A DNA stretch of 64,000 bases, taken from contig DAOVJY010000002.1 in NCBI GenBank assembly GCA_030632085.1, forward strand, positions 77,325-141,324, read 5' to 3'. The DNA comes from Candidatus Omnitrophota bacterium. Lineage in GTDB: Bacteria; Omnitrophota; Gorgyraeia; JAGLLT01. The notes beneath the pieces are model-generated. The model was not told the DNA's origin, searched no databases, and worked only from the letters and a program-made list of their open reading frames with translations. The first letter of the stretch is position 1. Each line of letters begins with the position of its first letter. A program made the translations under genes and the position numbers. Shown here piece after piece: positions 45,147 through 55,253 of the stretch.

Positions 45147-48100
45147 ATGCCAAGAAGAGACGACCTTAAAAAAATATTGATTATCGGTTCCGGCCCTATT
45201 GTAATCGGGCAGGCATGCGAATTTGATTATTCAGGATCTCAGGCCTGCAAAGTTTTAAAAGAGGAAGGATATAAAATAATTTTAATTAACTCAAATCCGG
45301 CTACTATTATGACCGATCCGCAGATGGCTGATAAAACTTATATTGAACCCATTACTCCCGAAGTTATAACTGAAATTATTAAAAAAGAAAGGCCCGACGC
45401 CTTACTTCCTACGCTAGGAGGGCAAACAGGGCTTAATATGGCCTATTTTTTAGATAAGATGGGGGTTTTGAAAAAATATTCAGTAGAAGTCCTCGGCGCT
45501 AATATTGACGCTATCGCCAAGGCGGAGGATAGGGATATTTTTAAAAAGACTATGAAGTCCATAGGTGTTAAAGTTCCCAAAAGCGGTATTGCCCGCTCAA
45601 TTGAGGAAGGTTTTAAGCTGGCTAAAAAAATCGGATTTCCTTTATTATTGAGGCCGGCTTTTTGTTTAGGCGGAGCCGGGGCCGCGTGTGTTTATAACTC
45701 CGAAGAGTTGGAAGCGGCTTTGCAGCTTGCAATTGATACTTCTCCCATAAAAGAGGTTTTAGTGGAAGAGTCTGTGTTAGGGTGGAAAGAAATAGAATTT
45801 GAAGCTATGAGAGACTGTGAAGATAATATTGTTATTGTTTGCTCAATGGAAAATATTGACCCCATGGGGGTGCACACCGGAGATAGCATGGTTGTAGCTC
45901 CGGCTCAAACTATAACAGCTAAAGAATGTGCCAAGTTAGTTGAAGATTCAAAAAAAGTAATTAGAGCTGTTAATATTACCGGAGGAGGTATGAATTTACA
46001 GTACGGTGTAAATCCGGATAATGGAAAGTCGGTAATTATTGAAATAAATCCGAGGGTTTCGCGTTCATCCGCCCTGGCTTCAAAGGCCACAGGCTTTCCT
46101 ATAGCCAGAGTAGCCACAAAATTAGCTGTGGGTTATACCCTGGATGAAGTTGTAAATGATGTTACGGGCAATACTACAGCTTTCTTTGAGCCCTCAATTG
46201 ATTATTGTGTTTTTAAAATGCCCCGTTTTACTTTTGAAAAATTTCAGAAGGCGGACTGGTCGCTAGGTATATCCATGAAAGCTGTGGGTGAATCTATGTC
46301 CATCGGCAGAAACTTTAAAGAAGCTCTTCAAAAGGGTTTAAGGTCATTAGAAACCGGCCGTTACGGCTTGGGAGCTGACGGTAAAGATGTTTTGGATAAA
46401 AACTTATCAAAGAAAGAAAAAATAGAAGAAATAAAAGAAAAACTTAAAATAGCTAACGCGGATAGAATTTTCTACGTAAAAGAAGCCTTTAATCATGGTT
46501 TGGATATTGACGCGATATATGAACTATCTAAAATAACTAAATGGTTTCTAAGTAATATTAAAGAATTAGTTGATTTAGAGAAGAAAATAAAATCCGGTAA
46601 ATGCTCTAAAGAGGTTTTAATAAAAACTAAAGAATTCGGTTATAGCGATGTTCAGTTAGCTCACATGTTAAAAAAGAGCCTAAAGCAAGTCAGATTCTTG
46701 AGGAAAAAGTTGATAAAACCTGTTTATAAACTGGTTGATACCTGCGCGGGTGAATTTAATTCATCCAGGCCTTATTTTTATTCATCTTATGGAGAAAAAG
46801 ATGAAAGTAGAGCCACTAAAGCTAAAAAAGTTATTATTTTAGGCGGTGGGCCAAATAGGATAGGGCAAGGTATTGAATTTGATTACTGTTGTTGTCACGC
46901 GGCCTATGCTTTAAAAGAAATTGGCTATGAGTCGGTAATCATTAATTCAAATCCGGAAACCGTATCAACCGATTATGATACTTCAGATAGGCTTTACTTT
47001 GAACCTCTTACGCTGGAGGATGTTCTTAATGTTATCGATAAAGAGAAGCCTTATGGAGTTATAGTTCAATTAGGAGGGCAGACGCCTCTAAATATTTCTA
47101 AAGAACTGGAAGCGGCGGGCGTAAAAATATTGGGTACATCTGCCGATAAGATTGATATCGCCGAAGATAGAGATCGTTTCAAAAAATTACTTCATAAGTT
47201 AAAATTAAAGCAACCCAATAACGCGACCGCGACAAATTTAAGAGAAGCCCAGAAAATAGCATCAAAAATTGGATATCCGGTAGTCGTTAGGCCTTCATAT
47301 GTTTTAGGCGGCAGGGCGATGGAAATTGTCTATGATGAGGCATCATTAGAACGCTATATGAGAGAGGCGGTAATAGCTTCAAGTGAACATCCGATATTAA
47401 TAGATAAGTTTTTGGAAGATGCTATTGAGGTTGATGTTGATATGATTTCAGACGGTAAGACGCAGGTTGTTGGCGGTATTATGGAACATATAGAAGAGGC
47501 CGGTGTCCATTCGGGAGATAGCGCGATGGTTTTACCGCCATTCAGCCTTAAGAAAGAGTTAGTGGACAAAATAAAAGATTACTCTCATAAACTAGCCAAG
47601 GAACTTAAGGTTATAGGACTTATGAATGTGCAGTATGCCATAAAGAATGATGAGATATATATTCTGGAGGTTAATCCCAGGGCATCCAGAACAATACCCT
47701 TTATATCTAAGTCTATAGGTATACCATTAGCTAAACTGGCCACTAAGGTTATGGTTGGGATGAGTTTAAAGGAGTTAGGTTTTACTAAGGATATAACCCC
47801 CAAACACATAAGCGTAAAAGAGTCTGTTTTTCCTTTTATGAGATTTCCGGGGGTAGACATTATTCTTGGGCCGGAAATGAAGTCTACCGGTGAAGTTATG
47901 GGTATTGATTATGATTTCGGCAAAGCATTTATAAAGTCTCAGATAGCAGCCGGTCAAATCCTGCCTAAAAAAGGTAGAGTCTTTATAAGCGTGAAAGATA
48001 AAGATAAAAATAAAATTATTGACGCCGCAAAAAAACTTCAGAAGCTGGGCTTTAAGCTTATAGCTACGAAAGGAACTGCTGTGAGCCTTAAAGAAGCCGG

Positions 48101-48371
48101 GGTAAAAGTAAAAAAGGTTTATAAACTTCATGAAGGCAGGCCCCATATAGTCGATTTAATTAAAAGCGATGAAATAAATTTAGTAATTAATACTCCTAGC
48201 GGCAAAGGGCCCAAAGAAGATGAGATAAAAATCAGGACTAGCGCTTTGTTGCATAAAATTCCCGTGATTACAACTGTACCGGGAGCAATAGCGTCAGTCA
48301 GCGGTATTGAGGCGCTAAAAAAAGGTAAGTTAAAAATAAAAGCACTACAAGATTATAATAAAGAGATATAA
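45147..48371 (+). CDS. carB: Carbamoyl-phosphate synthase large subunit
   Basis: GSGPIVIGQACEFDYSG, two ATP-grasp halves, NPETVSTDYD, MGS domain. Confidence 0.98.
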   Translation: MPRRDDLKKILIIGSGPIVIGQACEFDYSGSQACKVLKEEGYKIILINSNPATIMTDPQMADKTYIEPITPEVITEIIKKERPDALLPTLGGQTGLNMAYFLDKMGVLKKYSVEVLGANIDAIAKAEDRDIFKKTMKSIGVKVPKSGIARSIEEGFKLAKKIGFPLLLRPAFCLGGAGAACVYNSEELEAALQLAIDTSPIKEVLVEESVLGWKEIEFEAMRDCEDNIVIVCSMENIDPMGVHTGDSMVVAPAQTITAKECAKLVEDSKKVIRAVNITGGGMNLQYGVNPDNGKSVIIEINPRVSRSSALASKATGFPIARVATKLAVGYTLDEVVNDVTGNTTAFFEPSIDYCVFKMPRFTFEKFQKADWSLGISMKAVGESMSIGRNFKEALQKGLRSLETGRYGLGADGKDVLDKNLSKKEKIEEIKEKLKIANADRIFYVKEAFNHGLDIDAIYELSKITKWFLSNIKELVDLEKKIKSGKCSKEVLIKTKEFGYSDVQLAHMLKKSLKQVRFLRKKLIKPVYKLVDTCAGEFNSSRPYFYSSYGEKDESRATKAKKVIILGGGPNRIGQGIEFDYCCCHAAYALKEIGYESVIINSNPETVSTDYDTSDRLYFEPLTLEDVLNVIDKEKPYGVIVQLGGQTPLNISKELEAAGVKILGTSADKIDIAEDRDRFKKLLHKLKLKQPNNATATNLREAQKIASKIGYPVVVRPSYVLGGRAMEIVYDEASLERYMREAVIASSEHPILIDKFLEDAIEVDVDMISDGKTQVVGGIMEHIEEAGVHSGDSAMVLPPFSLKKELVDKIKDYSHKLAKELKVIGLMNVQYAIKNDEIYILEVNPRASRTIPFISKSIGIPLAKLATKVMVGMSLKELGFTKDITPKHISVKESVFPFMRFPGVDIILGPEMKSTGEVMGIDYDFGKAFIKSQIAAGQILPKKGRVFISVKDKDKNKIIDAAKKLQKLGFKLIATKGTAVSLKEAGVKVKKVYKLHEGRPHIVDLIKSDEINLVINTPSGKGPKEDEIKIRTSALLHKIPVITTVPGAIASVSGIEALKKGKLKIKALQDYNKEI

Positions 48372-48372
48372 T

Positions 48373-49152
48373 ATGTATCAAGAAAAAGCCACGGTTTTAG
48401 AAAATAAAAAAATAACTTCTCAGTGCTACATGTTACAGCTTCGCGCGAAGAATATTGCCAGAGAGGCTCAGCCGGGGCAGTTTCTTCATATTAGAATTTC
48501 TAATAAGAACCAAAAACCTTTTCTAAGAAGGCCTTTCGCGGTACATAACACGGAAAATAAAAATGAATTCAGTCTTCTTTATAAGATGCGGGGAGAGACG
48601 ACTAAATTGATGCGCGAACTTAAAAAAGGTGATAAAATTGATGTTATCGGCCCCTTGGGTTCCGGTTTTAATCCTTCTCATGAGGCACAAAAATATGTTT
48701 TAGTTGCCGGAGGCATTGGTTTGGCACCTTTATTTTTTCTGGCGAAAAAACTTGCAGATGATAAAAAAGAAGTTATCTTTGTCTGTGGAGCCGGAACAAA
48801 AAATGAATTGCTTTGCGCAAAAGAACTATCACAAATAAAAATAAAACCTGTCTTGGCAACCGATGACGGTTCGCGAGGAATAAAAGGGAGTGTTAACGAT
48901 TTGTTAAATAATTATTTGACTAAAAACAGAAAAGATAAAATTGAGGTGTTTGCCGCGGGCCCCGGAATGATGCTAAAGGAAGCGGCTCGAATTTGTAAAA
49001 AAGCCGGAGTGCGCCTGGAAGTCAGTATGGATGAGATTATGGCTTGCGGCGTGGGAGTTTGTTTGGGTTGCGCGGTAAAAACTAAAAACGGTTATAAGCT
49101 GGCCTGTAAAGATGGGCCTGTCTTTAAAGCAGAGGATATCGTATGGGCGTAG
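48373..49152 (+). CDS. pyrK: Dihydroorotate dehydrogenase electron-transfer subunit
   Basis: PGQF, LRRPF, GPLG, AGGIG, MACGVGVCLGC, CKDGPVF. Confidence 0.95.
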   Translation: MYQEKATVLENKKITSQCYMLQLRAKNIAREAQPGQFLHIRISNKNQKPFLRRPFAVHNTENKNEFSLLYKMRGETTKLMRELKKGDKIDVIGPLGSGFNPSHEAQKYVLVAGGIGLAPLFFLAKKLADDKKEVIFVCGAGTKNELLCAKELSQIKIKPVLATDDGSRGIKGSVNDLLNNYLTKNRKDKIEVFAAGPGMMLKEAARICKKAGVRLEVSMDEIMACGVGVCLGCAVKTKNGYKLACKDGPVFKAEDIVWA

Positions 49153-50057
49153 ACTTAGCGGTAAAAATCGGTAAATTAACACTTAAAAATCCGGTAATGG
49201 TTTCCTCGGGGACATTTGGTTGCGGTGAGCAATACGAGGAGTTGGTTGACTTAAAAGAACTGGGAGCTATCACAACCAAGACAATTACTTTACGAGAAAG
49301 AGAAGGTAATAAGCCTCCGAGGATAGCTGAGACTTATGCCGGCATGTTAAATGCTATTGGATTGGAGAATAAAGGTTTGAATTATTTCTGTGATACTACC
49401 CTTAAATATTTGAATTCTATTAAGACACCGTACATTGTTAGTGTTGCCGGAGAAGAAGAAAAGGATTACAGTAAATTGATAAAAGCGCTTGATAAGTTAA
49501 ATATTGAAGCTATAGAGCTTAATATATCCTGTCCGAATGTCAAATCAAAGAAAAAACGCATGTTTTCTCAGGATGCTCAAGATACATTTAAACTGGTTTC
49601 CAAGGTAAGAAAATTAACCAAGGCGACATTAATCGTTAAACTTTCACCTAATGTAACCGATATTAAAGAAATAGCTTTAGCTGCCCAGGACGCGGGAGCC
49701 GAAGCGGTTTCTTTAGTTAATACTTTTTTAGGAATGGCCATTGATGTTCATAGCAGAAAACCTAAATTAGGTAATATTACCGGCGGACTAAGCGGCCCGG
49801 CCATAAAACCTCTCGCGCTGCGAATGGTTTATGAAGCGGCAAATTGTTTGAAGATTCCGGTTATTGGCCAGGGTGGTATAATGTCACCTGAAGACGGTTT
49901 AGAATTTATTTTAGCAGGTGCCACGGCAATATCAATTGGTACGGCAAATTTTATTGAGCCGCAAAGCGCTATCTTAATTAAAAAAGGTATTGAAAAATAT
50001 TTAATAAAGAATAAAATAAAAAGTATAAAACAATTACGTGGCACCATTATCAGCTAA
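49143..50057 (+). CDS. pyrD: Dihydroorotate dehydrogenase class 1B catalytic subunit
   Basis: SGTFG, NAIGLEN, ELNISCPN, KLSPN, GGLSGPAIKP. Confidence 0.96.
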   Translation: MGVDLAVKIGKLTLKNPVMVSSGTFGCGEQYEELVDLKELGAITTKTITLREREGNKPPRIAETYAGMLNAIGLENKGLNYFCDTTLKYLNSIKTPYIVSVAGEEEKDYSKLIKALDKLNIEAIELNISCPNVKSKKKRMFSQDAQDTFKLVSKVRKLTKATLIVKLSPNVTDIKEIALAAQDAGAEAVSLVNTFLGMAIDVHSRKPKLGNITGGLSGPAIKPLALRMVYEAANCLKIPVIGQGGIMSPEDGLEFILAGATAISIGTANFIEPQSAILIKKGIEKYLIKNKIKSIKQLRGTIIS

Positions 50058-50250
50058 CAGCAAAGAGATAAGGGCTAATAGCTGATGGCTGATGGCTGAT
50101 GGCAAAGAGCAAAAAAACAAAACAAAAGAGCAAAAAAACAAACAAGAAACAAAACACAAGTACAAAGTCACAAGTTATACCCTTGCAGGGCACAGGCAAG
50201 ACACAAGCAAAAAACAAAAAAAACAAGATACAAGTACAAAGACATAAGTT
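50050..50250 (+). repeat. A-rich 7-nt-periodic tract with nested TACCCTTGCAGGGCACAGGCAAG motif
   Basis: GCTAATA GCTGATG GCTGATG GCTGATG; AAGTACA AAGTCAC AAGTTAT; motif at 50172-50200. Confidence 0.8.
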
Positions 50251-50263
50251 GGAAGAGGGAGAA

Positions 50264-50989
50264 ATGAAAGAAAAATCAAAAATAATATTGGCTTTAGATG
50301 TAGATACCTTAAAAGAAGCGCAAAGCATTATTAAGGATACAAAAAAGTATATAGATATATACAAGGTCGGCCCGCACTTATTTACGAAATACGGCCCTCA
50401 GATTATTAAACTTATTCGTAAAAGTAAAAAAGAAGTTTTTTTAGATTTAAAGCTGCATGACATTCCCAATACGGTTGCGAGTTCCGTGAAGCAGATAACC
50501 CGTTTAAAGGTTTACATGCTTACTTTGCATACTTCAGGCGGCCTTAAGATGCTTCGTGAAGCTAAAAAGGCGGCCGTAAGTGAAGCAAAGAAATTAAAAT
50601 TAAGAACTCCCATACTTTTAGGAGTAACCGTTTTATCCAGTTTCCAAAAGAAAGATTTAAAACAAATAAATATAAATTTAACAATTAAGGAGCAGGTTTT
50701 ATCGTTATTTAATTTGGCCCAGCGGGCTAATCTCGGTGGAGTTGTTTTATCCGCCAAAGAATTAAGTTATATTAATAAAATTAAAAAAAAGAAGTTGCTC
50801 AGAGTTGTTCCGGGTATCAGGCCAAGAGGGTGCAAAAAAGATGACCAGAAACGTACAATGGCTCCCAATGAAGCAGTCCGACAGGGTGCTGACTTTTTGG
50901 TTATAGGCCGGCCGATAATAAAGGCGCCTTCGGTAAAAAAAGCGGCTATGGCTATTTCGAAGGAGATTAACGGGGATTATGACAAATAA
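50264..50989 (+). CDS. pyrF: Orotidine-5'-phosphate decarboxylase
   Basis: ATG 50264 after GAGGGAG; ILALD, FLDLKLHDIPNTV, PGIR, DDQKR, VIGRPI. Confidence 0.96.
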   Translation: MKEKSKIILALDVDTLKEAQSIIKDTKKYIDIYKVGPHLFTKYGPQIIKLIRKSKKEVFLDLKLHDIPNTVASSVKQITRLKVYMLTLHTSGGLKMLREAKKAAVSEAKKLKLRTPILLGVTVLSSFQKKDLKQININLTIKEQVLSLFNLAQRANLGGVVLSAKELSYINKIKKKKLLRVVPGIRPRGCKKDDQKRTMAPNEAVRQGADFLVIGRPIIKAPSVKKAAMAISKEINGDYDK

Positions 50990-51557
50990 AGAGATTTTAA
51001 ATATATTTAAAAGATGTAATGCTTTAAAAGAAGGCCATTTTTTATTAACTTCGGGTTTACATTCCGGCGTTTACTTTCAAAAAAACCTTGTACTTCAGTA
51101 TCCTGATATAACAAAAAAACTTGCCAAAGAGCTGGCTGTAAAAGTTAAGAAGCGCGAGATAGATGTTGTTTTGTCACCGGCGGTGGGAGCTATAGTTCTG
51201 GGATATCAAGTAGCTTCTATTTTAAAATGTAAATTTTTATTTGCCGAAAGGCAAAAGAATAAGCTTTGCTTAAGAAGAGGTTTTACTTTACCTCAAAAAA
51301 GCAGGGTACTTATTGTTGAAGATATTATTACTACCGGAGGCTCAGTCCGGGAATTGGTCAAGTTGGTTAGTAAAGCCAAGGCCAAGCTTATAGGTGTCGC
51401 TTGTTTAGTGGATAGAAGCCGGGATAAGGCCAGATTCAATAAAATGAAACCCAAGAGCTTGCTTAAGATGAACGTAAAAAATTACCAGCCTTCAAAATGC
51501 CCCTTCTGTAAAAAAGGCCTTGAGCTTTCTAAACCGGGCAGCAGGAATTTTAAATAA
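50979..51557 (+). CDS. pyrE: Orotate phosphoribosyltransferase
   Basis: GHFLLTSGLHS, VEDIITTGGS, CPFC. Confidence 0.96.
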   Translation: MTNKEILNIFKRCNALKEGHFLLTSGLHSGVYFQKNLVLQYPDITKKLAKELAVKVKKREIDVVLSPAVGAIVLGYQVASILKCKFLFAERQKNKLCLRRGFTLPQKSRVLIVEDIITTGGSVRELVKLVSKAKAKLIGVACLVDRSRDKARFNKMKPKSLLKMNVKNYQPSKCPFCKKGLELSKPGSRNFK

Positions 51558-51590
51558 ATAAACTACCCGATTATTCATAAATCTAATCAC

Positions 51591-51618
51591 TTGACAGACT
51601 TATCTTACCTTGTATAAT
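51591..51618 (+). promoter_or_regulatory. Promoter for yicC-gmk-rpoZ-coaC-coaB
   Basis: TTGACA-16 nt-TATAAT. Confidence 0.7.
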
Positions 51619-51629
51619 GAAACCAAGAC

Positions 51630-51762
51630 AAGAACAGGATTAAGGATTAAGGATTAAGTTAGAAGCAGGATTTGGACACAGAATTAAGTAAAAGCAACTT
51701 AATTCTTAAAGCGAATAAAATGAGCGTCTTAATTCTTAGAGTGAGCGAACGCGAACGTCTTG
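51630..51762 (+). repeat. AGGATTA heptamer tract plus two tandem CTTAATTCTTA..GA-hairpin-GA..CGTCTT units
   Basis: (AGGATTA)3 at 51636; CTTAATTCTTAAAGCGAATAAAATGAGCGTCTTAATTCTTAGAGTGAGCGAACGCGAACGTCTT. Confidence 0.75.
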
Positions 51763-51800
51763 ATATATAAGAAGTATAATACAAGAATAAAGGAAATATA

Positions 51801-52676
51801 ATGTTAAAAAGTATGACCGGATACGGATTAGGCAAAAGTTCTTTCGCTTTCGGTTTAATGACCATAGAGGCCAAATCTTTAAATTATCGTTATCTTGAAG
51901 TCATTGTCCGCTTACCCGAAGAGATCAGCCACTTTGAAAAAAAGATTAAGGAACTCGTCAAGCAGAAAATAAATAGAGGCAGGGTGAGCATTGTAGTTAA
52001 TATTGAAAATAAGGATGAGTCTAATTATAAGCTTAAAATAAACAAAAAACTCATTAAGTCATATTATAACACGCTAAAAGACATAAAAAGAGAATTTAAA
52101 CTCAAGGATAATCTCACCCTCGCTGAAATATTAAAATGCCCCGACATTATTACTATTGAAAAGAAGAGCCATCCGGATTTTAAAAAATGGAATAAGGCCA
52201 AAAGGGCTTTTGATGAATGTACTAAAGATTTGCTTAAAAGTCGAAAAACTGAGGGCAAATTTATTTTTAAAGATCTCAATACACGCGCTAAGAATATCGC
52301 GAATCTTCTTATAAAGATTAAAAAACGCCTACCTCTGGTTATAAAGGATCAGCGCGACCGTTATCTGAAGAAAGTTGCGGCTGCCGGAACAACAGGCACA
52401 AAGGCAAAGAACAATAATAGTGAATTTTACGCGTTAGCTCAGAGTTATGATATTAGCGAGGAGATTACTCGAATTAACGCGCATGTTAAAACTTTAAAAA
52501 AGTCAATGACCGAGGATAGTGAGGTGGGAAAGAAATTAGACTTCATTGCCCAGGAATTAGTCAGAGAGGCTAATACAGTCGCGGCTAAGACGCAGGATTA
52601 TTGTATTTCAAGCAGTGTTATTGAAATTAAAGCTGAAATTGAAAAGATTAGAGAACAAGTTCAGAATGTAGAATGA
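51801..52676 (+). CDS. yicC: YicC/YloC family endoribonuclease
   Basis: SMTGYG, KSLNYRYLE, DISEEITR, GKKLDF..QE..REANT, REQVQNVE. Confidence 0.93.
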   Translation: MLKSMTGYGLGKSSFAFGLMTIEAKSLNYRYLEVIVRLPEEISHFEKKIKELVKQKINRGRVSIVVNIENKDESNYKLKINKKLIKSYYNTLKDIKREFKLKDNLTLAEILKCPDIITIEKKSHPDFKKWNKAKRAFDECTKDLLKSRKTEGKFIFKDLNTRAKNIANLLIKIKKRLPLVIKDQRDRYLKKVAAAGTTGTKAKNNNSEFYALAQSYDISEEITRINAHVKTLKKSMTEDSEVGKKLDFIAQELVREANTVAAKTQDYCISSSVIEIKAEIEKIREQVQNVE

Positions 52677-52780
52677 GCAAAAAGGATTAAGAATTAAGGA
52701 TTAAGGATTAAGTTAAAAGCAGGAAACAAGAGCTAAGAGCAAAAAAACAAAAACAAAAAGCGAAGAGCTGAGAAATAATG
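52677..52780 (+). repeat. AGGATTA and A-rich heptamer tract
   Basis: AGGATTA AGAATTA AGGATTA AGGATTA AG; AGAGCTA AGAGCAA. Confidence 0.75.
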
Positions 52781-52793
52781 ACCAAATATATCT

Positions 52794-53363
52794 ATGATGA
52801 GAGACGGTAAACTTTTTATTATATCGGCTCCTTCGGGAGCGGGTAAGACAACTCTTGAGAAGATGCTTTTGAGTTCCGAGTTAGGCCTGATTAAGTCGGT
52901 TTCGACTACGACACGCGCGCCAAGAGCGGCGGAAGAAAATCATAAAGATTATATTTTTCTTACCAAGGATGAATTTGTAAAGCAAAGAGACGAGGGTAAA
53001 TTTCTTGAATGGGCTGAAGTTTTTGGTAATTTTTACGGGACACCAAAGTCCAAAGTTATCAATGCCATAAAAAAAGGCAAAAATGTAGTTTTAAGTATTG
53101 ATGTGCGGGGGGCCGAGCAGGTAAAAAAGATATTTCCGGAGGCTATTTTAATTTTTATCAACACCTCCAGCCTCAATATTTTAAAAGGGCGGCTTAAGAG
53201 AAGGTTAACGGACTCTGATGAAGAGATTAATAAAAGATTAGAAGTAGCTAATAATGAAATTGCAAAATTAGGTATGTATGATTATACAATTATAAATGAT
53301 GATTTAGCTACCGCGTTTGGTGAACTAAAAAATGTAATTAAAAAACGTTTAGAGAAGGAGTAA
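52794..53363 (+). CDS. gmk: Guanylate kinase
   Basis: SAPSGAGKTT, TTRAPR, FLEWAEVFGNFYGT. Confidence 0.97.
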   Translation: MMRDGKLFIISAPSGAGKTTLEKMLLSSELGLIKSVSTTTRAPRAAEENHKDYIFLTKDEFVKQRDEGKFLEWAEVFGNFYGTPKSKVINAIKKGKNVVLSIDVRGAEQVKKIFPEAILIFINTSSLNILKGRLKRRLTDSDEEINKRLEVANNEIAKLGMYDYTIINDDLATAFGELKNVIKKRLEKE

Positions 53364-53365
53364 AG

Positions 53366-53560
53366 ATGGTAGATGTTCCGGTTGAAGAGCTCATAAAAAA
53401 AACCAACAGCCTTTTTAAATTAGTTAATCTTGCCTCGAGGAGAGCCTTGCAGTTAAATGAAGGAGCTCCGCCTTTAATTGAGGATGATAATCATCAGGCA
53501 AAGTACGCTACTATTGCCTTAGAAGAAATTTTAGCCGGTAAAATAATTTATAAGAAATAG
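53366..53560 (+). CDS. rpoZ: RNA polymerase omega subunit
   Basis: FKLVNLASRRALQL, ALEEILAGKI; gmk-rpoZ-coaBC synteny. Confidence 0.93.
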   Translation: MVDVPVEELIKKTNSLFKLVNLASRRALQLNEGAPPLIEDDNHQAKYATIALEEILAGKIIYKK

Positions 53561-53582
53561 TTTTTCCAGAGGTATATTTATT

Positions 53583-54119
53583 GTGAATAAGAAAAATAAT
53601 ATAATTGTCGGTATTTGCGGCGGTATAGCTATTTACAAAACATGTGAATTAGTCCGCCTTTTAAAGAAAAATAATTTTAATGTAATTTGCCTGATGACCC
53701 GGGAAGCAACCATGCTTATTCAGCCGGAGTTATTTAGTTTCCTTTCTCAAAACAGGGTTTACACGGATATTTTTTCAGCTAACGATAATTATGATCCTAA
53801 TCATATCAAATTAGCTAATTGGGCCGATAAAATGGTTATAGTTCCGGCAACGGCTCATATGATAGCTAAATTGCGAGCGGGTTTGTGTGATGATATTGTT
53901 TCCCTAAGCGTTTTATCAACTAAGGCAAAAGTGTTTATTTGTCCCGCTATGCATGAAGATATGTACAAAAAGAAGATTGTCTCTGAAAATATAACCGCGC
54001 TCAAAAAAAGAGGTTATAAATTTTCAGGCCCCATAAGAGGCAAACTTCTGAATCAAAAATTAGCCATGGGGCATCTGCAGGAAGTTAACCAAATTTTTAA
54101 AAGTCTTAAGCAGCTTTAA
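53583..54119 (+). CDS. coaC: Phosphopantothenoylcysteine decarboxylase (stand-alone CoaC)
   Basis: GGIAIYK, HIKLANWAD, PATA, PAMHEDM flavoprotein motifs. Confidence 0.88.
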   Translation: MNKKNNIIVGICGGIAIYKTCELVRLLKKNNFNVICLMTREATMLIQPELFSFLSQNRVYTDIFSANDNYDPNHIKLANWADKMVIVPATAHMIAKLRAGLCDDIVSLSVLSTKAKVFICPAMHEDMYKKKIVSENITALKKRGYKFSGPIRGKLLNQKLAMGHLQEVNQIFKSLKQL

Positions 54120-54120
54120 T

Positions 54121-54783
54121 ATGACAGCTAAAAAAAGCCTTAAATTTTTGATTTCCGCTGGGCCTACCAGAGAACCTATAGATCCTATAAGGTATATTTC
54201 CAACTATTCTACCGGTTATTTGGGTTATGAAATGGTTCTGGCGGCAAAAAAGAGGGGGCACAGGGTTGTTTTGGTGAGCGGCCCGACAGCCTTTAAGAAA
54301 CCCGCGGGTATTAAGAGTATTGATGTAATTACCGCCAAAGATATGCTCAAGGCTTTAAAAGATAATATAAAATGGGCTGATTGTCTTATAATGACCGCGG
54401 CTGTTTCTGATTTTCGTCCAAAAAAAGCTCAACTAAAGAAAATTAAGAAAGATACTCAAAAAACAACCCTTCAGCTTGTAAAAAATCCGGATATATTAAA
54501 AAGTCTTAAACCATATAAAAAAGGTAAAATTTTCATCGGCTTTGCTTTGGAAACCCATAATCTGTATGAAAATGCCAAAAAGAAACTCAAAAGCAAGGGG
54601 TTGGATATAATAGTAGCTAATAAGAAAGGGAGTAAATCAGCTTGCTTCGGTGAAACAGATAATACATACTATATTATAGATAACTCTTTTAATAGCAACA
54701 TCTTAAAAGATAAATCAAAAAGTTATTTATCACAGTACTTAATTGACAAATCCTTTAAGGTATGGTATAATTTGTACAAGTGA
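54121..54783 (+). CDS. coaB: Phosphopantothenate-cysteine ligase (stand-alone CoaB)
   Basis: AGPTREPIDPIRYISNYSTG, AAVSDF, NPDIL, GFALET, IVAN. Confidence 0.92.
   Translation: MTAKKSLKFLISAGPTREPIDPIRYISNYSTGYLGYEMVLAAKKRGHRVVLVSGPTAFKKPAGIKSIDVITAKDMLKALKDNIKWADCLIMTAAVSDFRPKKAQLKKIKKDTQKTTLQLVKNPDILKSLKPYKKGKIFIGFALETHNLYENAKKKLKSKGLDIIVANKKGSKSACFGETDNTYYIIDNSFNSNILKDKSKSYLSQYLIDKSFKVWYNLYK
54743..54771 (+). promoter_or_regulatory. Perfect-consensus sigma70 promoter inside coaB 3' end, driving two pilins
   Basis: TTGACA-17 nt-TATAAT with extended -10 TG. Confidence 0.8.
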
Positions 54784-54799
54784 GAAAAGGCTGATAAAA

Positions 54800-55234
54800 T
54801 TGGATAAAAGAAGGGTGTTGTTGGAGCGCCCGATAGATAAAAGTTATACTTTAGTTGAACTACTAATGTCGCTCTCTGTTATATTTATTCTTTTGGGGCT
54901 TATGTTACCCGGTGTTTTCGGGATTAATAAGCAAGCGATAAAAACGCGATGCGCTAATAATCTCAGGCAAATTTCACAGGTTTTAAATGCCTGGGCGGTG
55001 AGCCATGAATATTTTCCCGAAGATTTTAGGGAGTTGGTTGAAAAGGGGTATATAAGCGATTTAGACGCTTTTAAATGCCCATATAGAGGCTCTATTGATG
55101 ATTATGAGTTTCTAATTAAGGGCAAAAAGGTTAGTAATGTTGGTGCAGGTGCAGCTATAGTTTACTGCCGTCATTGTAATATGTTGGTTTTTATGGATAC
55201 TCACGTTGAAGAACATAAATGGAAAATTCCGTAA
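54800..55234 (+). CDS. Pilin-like protein (PVC-type, CANNLRQI motif); start codon uncertain
   Basis: DKS|YTLVEL class III-like signal; TRCANNLRQI, FKCP, NMLVFMDTHV; start must lie downstream of the promoter. Confidence 0.75.
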   Translation: MDKRRVLLERPIDKSYTLVELLMSLSVIFILLGLMLPGVFGINKQAIKTRCANNLRQISQVLNAWAVSHEYFPEDFRELVEKGYISDLDAFKCPYRGSIDDYEFLIKGKKVSNVGAGAAIVYCRHCNMLVFMDTHVEEHKWKIP

Positions 55235-55253
55235 AAGGAAGGAGGTGGAGAAG

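Noticed and set aside
50099-50263. Lys-rich N-terminal extension of PyrF in the ORF track
   Set aside because: It is translation of the A-rich heptamer tract; an RBS and ATG are present at 50264.
53583-54783. coaBC as a broken pseudogene; CoaC lacking the usual clamp Cys
   Set aside because: The split falls at the domain boundary with a clean stop and ATG, and separate coaC/coaB genes are known. PAMH-type CoaC enzymes without that Cys are known from archaea and actinobacteria.
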